IMG/VR virus record: IMGVR_UViG_3300023196_002944
Location: 1 to 64,000 of that record
DNA: 64,000 nt
Strand: one strand, 5' to 3'
From: a virus
This document shows, piece by piece, positions 17,548 to 27,391 of the stretch (positions are counted from its first letter, which is position 1; every line of letters starts with the position of its first letter). The position numbers and the translations under genes were made by a program. Under the pieces are notes generated by a model. That model saw only the letters and a program-made list of their open reading frames with translations, made no database searches and had not been told where the DNA came from.

Positions 17548-18171
17548 ATGATCGTGCTGGTTTCTGCAGGCCATCATGGGCGGGCGAGAGGGGCAGTCTT
17601 TGAAGGCTTCTCTGAGTACCCCGAGACGTCGATCTGGGCTGATGCGCTCGTCACAGCGATCAACGAGATGAAAGAGACTCGGCACCATCCTCTTCTTGCA
17701 GACTACCCCGCAGCCATGCGCATTCAGAGTGGGCTACTGCGCGACAAGGTGGTTGAAGTCAACGAAATTTGCAAGGCGTCGCCTGTTTTCTGCGCCATAG
17801 AAATCCACTTTAATTCAGCCGCTGCCGCGAATGTCAGAGGAAGCGAGACGCTGTACGCTCCCGGTTCTCAGCGAGGCAGGGGCATTGCTCAGATTGTTCA
17901 GCGCTACTTGGCCAAGACGTTTCCGCCCGACCGTGGCATCAAGGAGGGCTGGTACCGTATGGATAGGCCGGGCATCATCGATTACCAAGGCGACGTTGAT
18001 GGTGATGAGAAAATTGACTTTTGGCTGCGTAAGACACAGTGCCCCGCGCTGATTGTCGAGCCTGAATTTATTCAGAACAATGGGCTGATTACTGGCAAGC
18101 GTGAAGAGGGGATAACGCAGTTGGCAGAAGGCGTACTTGACGCCTTCATGGCTCCTGCAACGAGGCAATAA
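17548..18171 (+). CDS. Endolysin, N-acetylmuramoyl-L-alanine amidase (Amidase_3)
   Basis: VLVSAGH, downstream E, IEIHFNS and PALIVEPEF zinc-amidase motifs. Confidence 0.9.
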   Translation: MIVLVSAGHHGRARGAVFEGFSEYPETSIWADALVTAINEMKETRHHPLLADYPAAMRIQSGLLRDKVVEVNEICKASPVFCAIEIHFNSAAAANVRGSETLYAPGSQRGRGIAQIVQRYLAKTFPPDRGIKEGWYRMDRPGIIDYQGDVDGDEKIDFWLRKTQCPALIVEPEFIQNNGLITGKREEGITQLAEGVLDAFMAPATRQ

Positions 18172-18174
18172 AGT

Positions 18175-18603
18175 GTGGAACAAATACAGCAGAAGGTAGA
18201 ATACCTTGCTCCGACACAGCATCCGCCGCCACCTGATGGCGTATGGGAAGCGCTTTGGCCGGCGATCCACTCATTGATGACTCCAGCATTGATCGGGGCT
18301 TTCGTCCTCACGATTGCAGCAACGCATATCCTCAAACAGATTGTGCCCGTGACGTTCCCCCACGTTACAGCTAGTGAGAACATATGGCGGGCTTTCTGCG
18401 CTACAGCGTCCATGCTGATCGGCGCGATGGCGGGTACCGTTGTATGGCTTGCTTCCAATGCGGAATGGTTGGCTATCCCACTTGTGGCGTTCGGTACTGG
18501 ACTTGTCTGGCGGATAATGATCGCTTTGCTTCCCGCACGAATCAGTGCAGCTTTGATGACGGATGAAGACCGTCGATGGAAGCAGGAAGAGCTAGGAGGG
18601 TGA
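18175..18603 (+). CDS. Putative holin (3 TM segments)
   Basis: Three hydrophobic stretches and a charged C-terminus; adjacent to the amidase. Confidence 0.55.
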   Translation: MEQIQQKVEYLAPTQHPPPPDGVWEALWPAIHSLMTPALIGAFVLTIAATHILKQIVPVTFPHVTASENIWRAFCATASMLIGAMAGTVVWLASNAEWLAIPLVAFGTGLVWRIMIALLPARISAALMTDEDRRWKQEELGG

Positions 18604-18604
18604 T

Positions 18605-19102
18605 ATGGAATGGTTAGACGGTCTATTAGGCATCGCTGCCACGGCTGGATCAGGCGGGCTATTCGGAGTAATTGGTGGGTTAGTCGGGGCCGTGGGGAAG
18701 TACTTCGGGGAGAAGCAGCGCCAAGCATGGGAAGTCCAGAAGCACGCCATGATGCTGGATACCATGAAGATGAGGCAGCAGATCGCGGCGAGTCAGGGTT
18801 CGTGGGACGGCTTAACCGCCGCCATGACCCAACAGCGCGAACCCGAAAGCAGTAATGTCCATATGTGGGTGAATGACATCCGCAGCCTGTTTCGGCCCAT
18901 GTTCACCATCATGCTCTGGGTTCTGTCAGCCTACATTTTTTACCTCCTACTTAACGGGGTTCTCGACAGTAAATTCAAGGCAGAGGGAGGTATTGAACTA
19001 GTCAAATACATCGTCCACAGCGTGATCTTCACAGCAGCGACTGCTGGCACGTGGTGGTTCGCTGATCGGGCGCTGATGCCGCCCGGTGCGAAGAGCAGAT
19101 AA
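18605..19102 (+). CDS. Holin-like membrane protein (GTA 3TM-holin-like)
   Basis: Gly-rich hydrophobic N-terminus, WVNDIRSLFRP motif, two TM segments, WWFADR C-terminal motif. Confidence 0.6.
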   Translation: MEWLDGLLGIAATAGSGGLFGVIGGLVGAVGKYFGEKQRQAWEVQKHAMMLDTMKMRQQIAASQGSWDGLTAAMTQQREPESSNVHMWVNDIRSLFRPMFTIMLWVLSAYIFYLLLNGVLDSKFKAEGGIELVKYIVHSVIFTAATAGTWWFADRALMPPGAKSR

Positions 19103-19121
19103 ATTAAGGTAGACTGCGGCT

Positions 19122-21233
19122 ATGCCAGCGAAAATGACGACGGAAAAACTTGAAGCTTTCCTGTTAGATATACGGGATGAGCCGAATTGGCGTCTTGAAG
19201 CCAACAAGGAAATGGATTACTACGATGGCAATCAACTCGACAATGACATTCTGAGACAGATGGAAGATCGGGGCATGGCCCCGCTGATTCGCAATTTGAT
19301 CGGGCCGACCATCGATGTCGTCTTGGGCATGGAAGCCAAGAACAAGCGTGACTGGAAGGTCGTGGGAGACGAAGAGAGCGACACAGATTCTGCCATGGCC
19401 ATGAACCAGCGCATGCGTGATGCAGAGCGCATGTCCGAGGCCGACCTTGCTTGCTCTGATGCTTACGGCTCACAGGTGAAGGTCGGTCTCGGATGGGTCG
19501 AAGTAGCCAGAGAGTCTAATCCCTTCGCTTCTCCCTATCGCGTCAGGTACGTCCACCGACGCGAGATGTTCCCTGACTGGCGTGACATCGAACGCGATCT
19601 GTCCAATTCTCGTTTTCTCGTTCGCAAACAATGGCATGACGAAGACATTCTGCTTCTGGCCTTCCCTGACCAGAAAGACAAGATCAAGGCGGCGATCTAC
19701 GGCAACAACGCCATGCCAATGTGGCAGACGATTCAGGAAGCCGCAGAGACCGATATCGAACTGGCGCAGAATCTTGAGACGGCGTCGCGTAGCAGCATCA
19801 ACGCAGAAGAGTACCGCGACTTTGATCGCAAGCGTGGTGCCCTGTTCGAAGTCTGGTACAAGGTTTATGAGCGGGCCGTTATCATGCGCCTCCCCGGTGG
19901 GCGCGTGGTCGAGTTCGATCTGAAGAACCCGAAGCATCAAGCCATTGCCAGTTCAGGTCAGGTCATTCTTGAGACAGCTATCATCCCGCGCATCCGGTTG
20001 TCGTGGTGGATTGGCCCCTACCAACTGGCTGACATCCCGAGCCCATACCCGCACAACCGATTCCCCTACGTCCCCTTCTGGGGCTACCGCGAAGACCGTA
20101 CTGGCATTCCGTATGGCCTGATCCGCCGCATGATGTCTCCGCAGGACGAGATCAATTCTCGCCTGTCGAAGATGATGTGGTTACTTTCAGCCAAGCGCGT
20201 AGTCATGGACTCCGACGCCACAGTGTGGACGCACGAGCGAGTCATGCAGGAAGTCGGTCGCCCTGATGCTTTCATCATCCTGAATGAGAACCGGAAAAAT
20301 AAGGACAAAGACGCCTTTCAGGTCGAGAGTGATTTCAACCTGTCGCAGCAGCAGTTCATGGTTCTGCAGGATGCTTCCAAGGCCATCAATGATACGGCTG
20401 GCGTCTATCAGGCCATGCTTGGCAAACAGGATCAGGGCGGGGCCGAATCCGGTGTTGCCATCAATTCGTTGGTCGAGCAGGGGGCCACTACGCTGGCTGA
20501 GATTAATGATAACTACCGTTACTCTCGTCGGCTTGTCGGTGAACAGTTGATGTCATTGGTCCGTGAGGATATGCGTGACGATCCGCAGACTGTTTCGGTG
20601 GACTTCAACGGGCGGCGTCGTGATATTGAATTGAACAAACCAACACAGGATGATCATGGGTACGTTTACCGCACCAATGACATCATGCTGGCAAAGATGC
20701 ATGTCGAGTTAGAAGACGTGCCGAACACGCCGGCCTACAAGTCGCAGCAGTTAATGCAACTGACTGAAATCACGAAGTCCTTGCCCGATGAACTCAAAGC
20801 GATTATTGTCGATCTCATTATCAAGGCGACTGATCTTGAACAGCGCCATGAAATCGCAGATCGTCTTGCCCGAGCGACTGGCCAGAAGCCAACTAATATG
20901 TCGCCCGAGGAAGAGGAAGAGTACGAAGCCGCGCAGCAGAAGCAGCAGGAGCAGGAGCAGCTTGCTTTGCGCGAACTGGCAGCGAAGGTTGAGAAACTGG
21001 AGGCCGATGCAGAACTTTCCCGCTCCAAGGCTGATAAGACTGAAGCGGAAACGGACATCCTTGAGGATGATGCGGTGCGTAAAGTGGACGTGCACGAACA
21101 AGAGGCAGGGTCACGCCGATTGGAAGATGCGCGTACATTGAGCGAAGCCGACCGCAACGAGGCCCAAGCAACCGCTGCGTTGCAGAAGCCAAAAGAATCG
21201 TCCGCTGGAACGACATCCAGCAAAAAGAAGTGA
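19122..21233 (+). CDS. Portal protein (P22/933W-like)
   Basis: WR..A..EMDYYDGNQ, NLIGPTIDVVLG, GLGWVEV, FPYVPFWGYR..GIPYGLIR.M.SPQDEIN, SGVAI and a C-terminal Q/E-rich barrel. Confidence 0.92.
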   Translation: MPAKMTTEKLEAFLLDIRDEPNWRLEANKEMDYYDGNQLDNDILRQMEDRGMAPLIRNLIGPTIDVVLGMEAKNKRDWKVVGDEESDTDSAMAMNQRMRDAERMSEADLACSDAYGSQVKVGLGWVEVARESNPFASPYRVRYVHRREMFPDWRDIERDLSNSRFLVRKQWHDEDILLLAFPDQKDKIKAAIYGNNAMPMWQTIQEAAETDIELAQNLETASRSSINAEEYRDFDRKRGALFEVWYKVYERAVIMRLPGGRVVEFDLKNPKHQAIASSGQVILETAIIPRIRLSWWIGPYQLADIPSPYPHNRFPYVPFWGYREDRTGIPYGLIRRMMSPQDEINSRLSKMMWLLSAKRVVMDSDATVWTHERVMQEVGRPDAFIILNENRKNKDKDAFQVESDFNLSQQQFMVLQDASKAINDTAGVYQAMLGKQDQGGAESGVAINSLVEQGATTLAEINDNYRYSRRLVGEQLMSLVREDMRDDPQTVSVDFNGRRRDIELNKPTQDDHGYVYRTNDIMLAKMHVELEDVPNTPAYKSQQLMQLTEITKSLPDELKAIIVDLIIKATDLEQRHEIADRLARATGQKPTNMSPEEEEEYEAAQQKQQEQEQLALRELAAKVEKLEADAELSRSKADKTEAETDILEDDAVRKVDVHEQEAGSRRLEDARTLSEADRNEAQATAALQKPKESSAGTTSSKKK

Positions 21234-21269
21234 CCACTCCGCGAACCCGAGCGAAAGAGGGATAGAGAA

Positions 21270-22421
21270 ATGGCAGGCGAAAACGCAATTGATCTGGACA
21301 AACCGGAAACATGGCCGGATGACATTGGCGAGTTAGAGTCTTTGACGGGCGGTATCCCCGACCCGGAAGACGCTCCCGGCGATAAAGGGAAGACCACTGA
21401 CTCAGATGACGATGACAAGCTGACGGACGAGGAAAAAGCAGCCGCTCAAAAGGTGGAAGAGGAAGAGAAAGCCAAGGCCGATGCCGACGCTGCGAAAGTA
21501 GCAGATGAGGAAGCCGCTGCAGCGAAAGCTGCAGAGGAAGCCGAAGCTGCCGCCGCTGCTGCGAAGGAGAAGGAAGAGGAAGAACTTCCGATTGCGACAC
21601 GGGACGGCAAACAAACCATACCGTTCGAAGTCCTTCAGCAAGAGCGCCAAAAGGCTCGGGATGCGATAGCTCGTAATACCGAACTTGAGGCTGAACTTGA
21701 GGCGGCTCGTAAGGTTACTCCGGTCGATAAGACTGTAGTGACAGAAGAGGAAGCCGAAGAGTTTGTTGTCACCGAGGCCATGCAGGCGAAAGCCGATCAG
21801 TTGAAAGAGGATTGGGGCGAAGACATTGCGGAGCAGCACATCAACAGTCTGCGCATCGCGTTTGACAATGAGCAGCTTCGTAAGAAAATCGACTCCCTTG
21901 AGACGGAGACAAGTCGCACTTCGGCAGCATCGAAACAGAGAGAAGAAACCGTGGTTCAGGCCGCGATTGACAACTCTCCTGACATGCTGGCGTGGCAGAG
22001 TGGGGACGCGGCCATGTATGACCGCTCTCTCACAATGCATGACACATTGATGGGTACTGACCCAACATATGCTGCGATGACTTGGGAAGAACGGTTTCAG
22101 GCACTTCCGAGCCGCGTTCGCGCTGCCTACGGAATGCCAGAGCCGAAACCCAAGGAAGACCCTCCGAAACCCAAGGAAGACCCTCCTGCCAAGACTCCAG
22201 AGGAAATTGAGGCGGAAGCTAAAGCTGCAGCCGACAAAGCTGTTGCTGAAGGCAAGCCTCCAAATTCCATGTCGGACCTTCCAAAAGGTGACACACCGAT
22301 TGAGAAGACACCGATCGAAGCGCTTGAGGGGTTGGACAGTGTTGATATCCAGAAGAAAATGCTGGAGCTATCTGAATCAGACCCGGTGGCCTACGAGCGG
22401 TACATCAACTCTCTCATGTGA
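21270..22421 (+). CDS. Capsid scaffolding protein
   Basis: Very acidic A/E-rich 383 aa between portal and capsid; DGKQTIPFEVL motif. Confidence 0.75.
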   Translation: MAGENAIDLDKPETWPDDIGELESLTGGIPDPEDAPGDKGKTTDSDDDDKLTDEEKAAAQKVEEEEKAKADADAAKVADEEAAAAKAAEEAEAAAAAAKEKEEEELPIATRDGKQTIPFEVLQQERQKARDAIARNTELEAELEAARKVTPVDKTVVTEEEAEEFVVTEAMQAKADQLKEDWGEDIAEQHINSLRIAFDNEQLRKKIDSLETETSRTSAASKQREETVVQAAIDNSPDMLAWQSGDAAMYDRSLTMHDTLMGTDPTYAAMTWEERFQALPSRVRAAYGMPEPKPKEDPPKPKEDPPAKTPEEIEAEAKAAADKAVAEGKPPNSMSDLPKGDTPIEKTPIEALEGLDSVDIQKKMLELSESDPVAYERYINSLM

Positions 22422-22465
22422 GCCTGATGGAAGGGGAAACAACGGTCTAAAATGAGGAACCTCTA

Positions 22466-23704
22466 ATGGCTCAGACCAATATCCCCTTTGGGCATCCCCT
22501 TGCCCGTAAGGTTTTCGGTGCGGCTGTCTTCGCAGAAGTGGTACGTGCCCCAAGCCTTACAAATCGCCTCGTCGGCCCGGCTCCCAAGCTGGGTCAGGCG
22601 ACCGCAAAGCTGGAGAAGATGCAGACTTCAGCCGATTACCCAATTATTCGGGTCACTGATCTGAATAAGGGTGCTGGTGATACCGTCAGTGTTGACCTGT
22701 TCAACATCCTTGAAGGTAAGCCGGTGATGGGTGATACCAAGCTGTCAGGCAAGATGATGAAACTGACCTCGTCCAGCATGGACGTCCAGTTGAATCAGTG
22801 CCGTGGCGGCGTCGACACCGGTGGTCGGATGACGCAGCAGCGTACTATCCATGACCTCCGTCGTGTCGGTCTTGCCGGCCTCGCCGGTTGGTACGCTCGG
22901 TTGGCTGAACAGCGTCGGTTCGTCCATCTGGCTGGTGCCCGTGGATCGCAGAATACTGCGGACTGGGTTATCCCGCTGGCTGCGGACGGTGACTTCAGCA
23001 CCATCATGGTCAACTCGGTAGCTCCACCGACCTATGACCGTCACTTGTACTCGGGTGCAGCCAATGCGGCCCCTGCGGATATCGCAGCGGCGGATATGCT
23101 CGTACTGGATGACATCGACCGTATGCGGGCGCTCATTGATGAGCAGAACTTCCCGTTGCAGCCGGTGAAGTTCCCCGACGATCCGGCGGCGGAAGACGAG
23201 CCACTGTTCGTGTTGCTGGTTAGCTCACGTGTGTGGCATCACCTCCAGACGGAAACCGGTTCTACGGCGTGGCGTACCTTCTTGATGAACGCTCGTGAGC
23301 GTTCTAGCAAGAACCCGCTGTTTACCGGAATGCCGGGGATGTGGAACGGAATCCTTGTTCGTAAGATGCCGCGTGCCATTCGGTTCAATCCGGGTGACGT
23401 CGTGACCATCGCCACGAACGCGGATACGCCGGGTACCACGACCAGTACGGTCGCTGCTGGCGTTACGGTTGATCGCTCAGTCTTGCTCGGTGCACAGGCA
23501 CTGTGCGAGGTCTACGGTCGCCACACGTCGTCTGGTACTCACTTCAATTGGCACGAAGAGAAGACCGACCATGAAAACACGCTGGAAGCGTCGATTGCGT
23601 CCATCACTGGCTGTTCGAAGCTTCGCTTCGCTGACAAAGCCGGTCGGACCAATGACCATGGCGTCATGGTCATCGATTCTTCTTCGCCCACCATCGTCGC
23701 GTAA
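22466..23704 (+). CDS. Major capsid protein (N4-gp56/933W-like)
   Basis: PIIRVTDLNKGAGDTV, PVMGD, GGRMTQQRTIHDLR, NPLFTG..GMWNGILVRK, DHGVMVID motifs; 412 aa. Confidence 0.9.
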   Translation: MAQTNIPFGHPLARKVFGAAVFAEVVRAPSLTNRLVGPAPKLGQATAKLEKMQTSADYPIIRVTDLNKGAGDTVSVDLFNILEGKPVMGDTKLSGKMMKLTSSSMDVQLNQCRGGVDTGGRMTQQRTIHDLRRVGLAGLAGWYARLAEQRRFVHLAGARGSQNTADWVIPLAADGDFSTIMVNSVAPPTYDRHLYSGAANAAPADIAAADMLVLDDIDRMRALIDEQNFPLQPVKFPDDPAAEDEPLFVLLVSSRVWHHLQTETGSTAWRTFLMNARERSSKNPLFTGMPGMWNGILVRKMPRAIRFNPGDVVTIATNADTPGTTTSTVAAGVTVDRSVLLGAQALCEVYGRHTSSGTHFNWHEEKTDHENTLEASIASITGCSKLRFADKAGRTNDHGVMVIDSSSPTIVA

Positions 23705-23718
23705 GGGAGGGTTAGTAA

Positions 23719-24132
23719 ATGGCTGACTTCAACTTCACTGAACTGCGCCGTGACCTCATCCCTGCGGGGACTTGGGGTAACGTCAACGTGGTTCTTGGCG
23801 CTTACACTGCTGATACGAATGAGAACACGACTGACCGTATCGCGCTGTGTAAGGTTCCGGGCAACGCCTTGATTCTTGGCTTTGCCTACACCATCGGTGA
23901 CATGGGTACCGCTCAGACGTTCGACCTCGGTGTCGAGGCTGAAGACGGGCTACCTACTGCCCCGACGTCACTGGCGACTGCAATTGCAGAAGCCACCGCT
24001 GCGGTTGTCTGGATTCCCGGTGGTCTGGCCACGGTCGAGGATTCGTATATCTTTGCCACTCTTGGCGGTGCTGACATCACCGTTGCGGGCGACATCGATA
24101 TCACGGTGTTCTACCGTTACGACAACGCCTGA
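23719..24132 (+). CDS. Putative capsid decoration/minor head protein
   Basis: GGGAGG RBS; 137-aa beta-rich gene right after the MCP and before a terminator. Confidence 0.65.
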   Translation: MADFNFTELRRDLIPAGTWGNVNVVLGAYTADTNENTTDRIALCKVPGNALILGFAYTIGDMGTAQTFDLGVEAEDGLPTAPTSLATAIAEATAAVVWIPGGLATVEDSYIFATLGGADITVAGDIDITVFYRYDNA

Positions 24133-24140
24133 TCGGCGTA

Positions 24141-24170
24141 GCCCCCGGCCAAAGTGGCCGGGGGCACTTT
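24141..24170 (+). terminator. Intrinsic terminator after head genes
   Basis: GCCCCCGGCCA-AAG-TGGCCGGGGGC perfect 11-bp stem followed by ACTTT. Confidence 0.75.
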
Positions 24171-24183
24171 CAAGGGAGTAGGC

Positions 24184-24534
24184 ATGGAAACTGTCCGCTT
24201 AAAGTACGTAGGCGCAGAGCCTCGACTGGACCGAACACTGGATATCCCCATTGTGTGGATGCCCGGTGATGTCCGTATCTACCCCCGCCGCCTTCGGCCG
24301 AATAGTAAATTCTACAAGGCCATGAAGGGGCAAATCGGGAATGACGATATCGGTCTTCCCATCCCTGTTTTCCCAGAACGTATTTCCCCGCGAGACATCG
24401 AACGATCTATTAAATGGTATTCGCTGATGGAACTCGTTGAAATGCGCGAGGTGTATCAGGCTGCAAAGATGCGCCAGCACCGCGACGTAGTCGACGAGGA
24501 AATCATCCGCCGGGAGGGTGAAGGTGAAACTTGA
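24184..24534 (+). CDS. Hypothetical protein
   Basis: GGGAG RBS before ATG 24184. Confidence 0.6.
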   Translation: METVRLKYVGAEPRLDRTLDIPIVWMPGDVRIYPRRLRPNSKFYKAMKGQIGNDDIGLPIPVFPERISPRDIERSIKWYSLMELVEMREVYQAAKMRQHRDVVDEEIIRREGEGET

Positions 24535-25240
24535 ACCTTTAGTTCGCCATCTACGGTCCAAGTTATTGGACTTTGGCACCTACGTCGCCACGGACGAAGA
24601 GTGGATCGATGACGATGCCGACATGCTCTGGAAGAATGAGGAACTGGTCCTCTACCTCCAGAGAGCGGAGGAAGAATTCTGCCGGCGCTATCCGATCATG
24701 GATCGCACTACGGCAGCGGTGTGTCAGGCTACAGTGACGCTGGCTGATCCCATCGTTGTTCTCGATCCCCGCGTCTTGCAGGTAGATCGCATCAAGCTGT
24801 CTACGGGCACGCAGTTTCTGAAGCAAATTTTCCTCACTGAACTGGAGGAAGTAATACCAGATACGTGGGAAGCTGAGACGGGTGAGCCTACGCATTTCAT
24901 CGAAGACTGGGAGCGCAATAAGCTACGGCTCTATCCGATCCCGATCACGACGGGCACAGCAGACATGCACGTTGGCCGCAACCCGCTGCGTGCACTCAAA
25001 TGGGATTTTAATAATCGCTCCCCAGAGATTCCTGAAGTGTCGCATGCCCATCTTCTGGACTGGGCCTTGTATCTGGCCTACCTCAAGGATGACACCGAAG
25101 AAACGGCCGATGTGAAGCGGGCCATGACGTTCCGCGATCTGTTTAATGACAACGTCGGTGGTGATATCTCCGTGAAGGCCATGGAGGCTCGTAGGCACCA
25201 CGCGGCGCGCCCTCCACGCACTCGGGCTTATGACCGATGA
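24518..25240 (+). CDS. Head-tail adaptor/head completion protein
   Basis: W.NEEL..YL..AEEE, GEP.HF, LRLYP.P, PEIPE..H..LLDWA.Y.AY.KDD motifs of podophage adaptor proteins. Confidence 0.7.
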   Translation: MKVKLEPLVRHLRSKLLDFGTYVATDEEWIDDDADMLWKNEELVLYLQRAEEEFCRRYPIMDRTTAAVCQATVTLADPIVVLDPRVLQVDRIKLSTGTQFLKQIFLTELEEVIPDTWEAETGEPTHFIEDWERNKLRLYPIPITTGTADMHVGRNPLRALKWDFNNRSPEIPEVSHAHLLDWALYLAYLKDDTEETADVKRAMTFRDLFNDNVGGDISVKAMEARRHHAARPPRTRAYDR

Positions 25241-26421
25241 GTCAGTCAGTCAACATTGACCGGTTCTTGGGTCTGCGCAACAAGGTCGATGAGTTGCGTA
25301 CGGTCACCGATGGCGGCATCGGTCTGACGCGGGCCGACAACATCTACATCGATGATGAATTCAAGATGCAGTTTGCCGAGGGCACCACACGCGTGACCAC
25401 GGAGATTTCACGCGAGTTGATTATCAGCCATGATGAACAACGGGCGTTGGTTATCACAGGGACCACTTTACGAAAACTAAATGATGATCTGACGACCACG
25501 ATGATCATGGATGGGCTGGACCCTACAGCCACGTATGACTACTGTGAGGTCAACGAATTCATCTATCTGTCCTCGTCCAAGGGGGACTCATGGATCATCG
25601 CTCCTGACTTCACTGTGCGTGCGTGGGGGCTTCCATTGCCAGCACAGGTGGACCTGTTCTTCGTCGATGGCTATCTGGCTGCAGGTCGATACCAAGTCGC
25701 CTGCACATTCGTAGCGCCTGACGGCCGTGAATCCGGTGCGCCGCTGTCGACCGTACTTGAGGTCGTGGACAGCAGTGCCTTGGTGATCAGCGATATCCCA
25801 CAACTCGCTGGCCACCTGACGCGGGTGTACATTTCCTCCACAAACGGAACTGTGCTGTACCGCGCTTTCGAGACGACGCAGATTGTCGTGACGTGGAATG
25901 GTCCGGTCGACGAACTCGTTGAGCCGCTACGCACGCAGTTCCTGCGTCCACCTCCCGCTGCTGATCGCGTGGCCTACTACCGTGGACAGTTGATCCTCAG
26001 TTACTGGGATGCGCACCGGAACATTTCCATCCTCTATGGCAGTCAACCGTTGGGGTTTGAACTCTTTGATACCCTGAAGAATGCCAACGTCCTGTCTGGG
26101 CGAGTGCATGTGCTGCGGGGCATGAAGGAATATCTCGTTATTGGCACTGACAGTGAAATCTACATCTACGCCGATGATGACCTTACAAGGGTGGCCAAAT
26201 ATGGGGTGCCTTTTGGTAAATCGGATGTAGAATACGAGAAGAAGGTCTACTTCTGGTCAAACCGAGGCGTCTGTCGTGCTGCGCCTTTTGAGAACATGAC
26301 CGAAGAAGATGTGAGTTTGCCTCCGGGTACGGATACCTACGGGGCAATCGTGGAGAGCGGCGGTGTTGAGAAATACGTCGTAATGCTCAATGATAGTGGC
26401 ACAGCACGTAATGCTTACTGA
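25237..26421 (+). CDS. Putative tail hub/nozzle protein
   Basis: F.GL.N...L.RADN.YIDD N-terminus, GRESG motif, beta-propeller-like composition; follows the adaptor. Confidence 0.55.
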   Translation: MSQSVNIDRFLGLRNKVDELRTVTDGGIGLTRADNIYIDDEFKMQFAEGTTRVTTEISRELIISHDEQRALVITGTTLRKLNDDLTTTMIMDGLDPTATYDYCEVNEFIYLSSSKGDSWIIAPDFTVRAWGLPLPAQVDLFFVDGYLAAGRYQVACTFVAPDGRESGAPLSTVLEVVDSSALVISDIPQLAGHLTRVYISSTNGTVLYRAFETTQIVVTWNGPVDELVEPLRTQFLRPPPAADRVAYYRGQLILSYWDAHRNISILYGSQPLGFELFDTLKNANVLSGRVHVLRGMKEYLVIGTDSEIYIYADDDLTRVAKYGVPFGKSDVEYEKKVYFWSNRGVCRAAPFENMTEEDVSLPPGTDTYGAIVESGGVEKYVVMLNDSGTARNAY

Positions 26422-26433
26422 GAGGTAATTGAC

Positions 26434-26898
26434 ATGGCTATCCGCTTCAGCACCGGTCTTCGGGATAACATTCTGGACACCGCCAATTTTGGTGCCATCT
26501 TCAACGATGGTGTCATCTACATTTACTCCGGCTCCCAACCTGCTTCTGCTGACAACGCTGTCAGCGGCACGCTGCTGGCTAAGGTCACTGTTGACGCAGG
26601 TGCCTTCGCATTTGGCTCCCCGACCAACGGGTTGTCGTTCGCAGCGGCGGCTGTCGCAGGCCAGCTACTCAAGAACGCCGCCGAAACGTGGCAGTGGCTC
26701 GGTGAAGCTGCTGGCGTCGCCGGCTGGTTCCGCCTGATGGCCAACCCTGTCGATAACCTCGGGGCTAGCACTACGCTGCCTCGCATGGATGGCACCATCG
26801 GTACGTTCGGGGCTGACCTGAACTTGTCGAATGTGAACATCGCTGTCAGTCAGGTGGGTACCATCGACACGTTCACGGCCACCATCAACGCCAACTAA
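26434..26898 (+). CDS. Small virion structural protein (paralog 1)
   Basis: IYIYSGSQPASAD...GTLL...G.AGWFRL...PRMDG.IG..GADLNLS. Confidence 0.7.
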   Translation: MAIRFSTGLRDNILDTANFGAIFNDGVIYIYSGSQPASADNAVSGTLLAKVTVDAGAFAFGSPTNGLSFAAAAVAGQLLKNAAETWQWLGEAAGVAGWFRLMANPVDNLGASTTLPRMDGTIGTFGADLNLSNVNIAVSQVGTIDTFTATINAN

Positions 26899-26908
26899 GG
26901 GGTGAGCC

Positions 26909-27391
26909 ATGGCTGTTCAACTTAGCCGACGCGCTCGGAATTACCTTCTGGCTGAAGGTAATCTCAAGACGCTGATGGAAACAGCGGACATTGGTGCAGG
27001 AGCCGAGGGCTTCGTCCTCGACATCTTCTCCGGTGCCGCTCCGACCAACCCTGAAGATGTAGCATCCGGTACACTGATCGTCACGGTCAGCGAAGCCGGT
27101 GGAGGGACGACCCTTGGATTTGAAGCCTCCCCCGTTACGGGCAACGGCGCAATCGCAAAAGCGTCCGCAGGTGATTGGCGCGGTACAGCAATCGGTGCTG
27201 GCGGTACCATGGGGTATTTCCGGTTCAGGAAGATCAGTGATGCACAAGCAGCGGATGGAGCGTTCACGTACCCACGCATCCAAGGAAACGTCGCGCTTGC
27301 AGCGTCGGACCTCAATCTTTCCAGCACTTCCCTGACGACCGCGCAGATTCAGATTATCCTTTCGTTTACGATGAATCTGCCCGTGATGTAA
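26909..27391 (+). CDS. Small virion structural protein (paralog 2)
   Basis: LDIFSGAAPTNPED...GTLI...GTMGYFRF...PRIQGNV...SDLNLS; clearly alignable to the preceding gene. Confidence 0.7.
   Translation: MAVQLSRRARNYLLAEGNLKTLMETADIGAGAEGFVLDIFSGAAPTNPEDVASGTLIVTVSEAGGGTTLGFEASPVTGNGAIAKASAGDWRGTAIGAGGTMGYFRFRKISDAQAADGAFTYPRIQGNVALAASDLNLSSTSLTTAQIQIILSFTMNLPVM

Noticed and set aside
22143-22184. 21-bp direct repeat in the scaffold gene
   Set aside because: Simple in-frame duplication (PKPKEDP x2) in a low-complexity linker.
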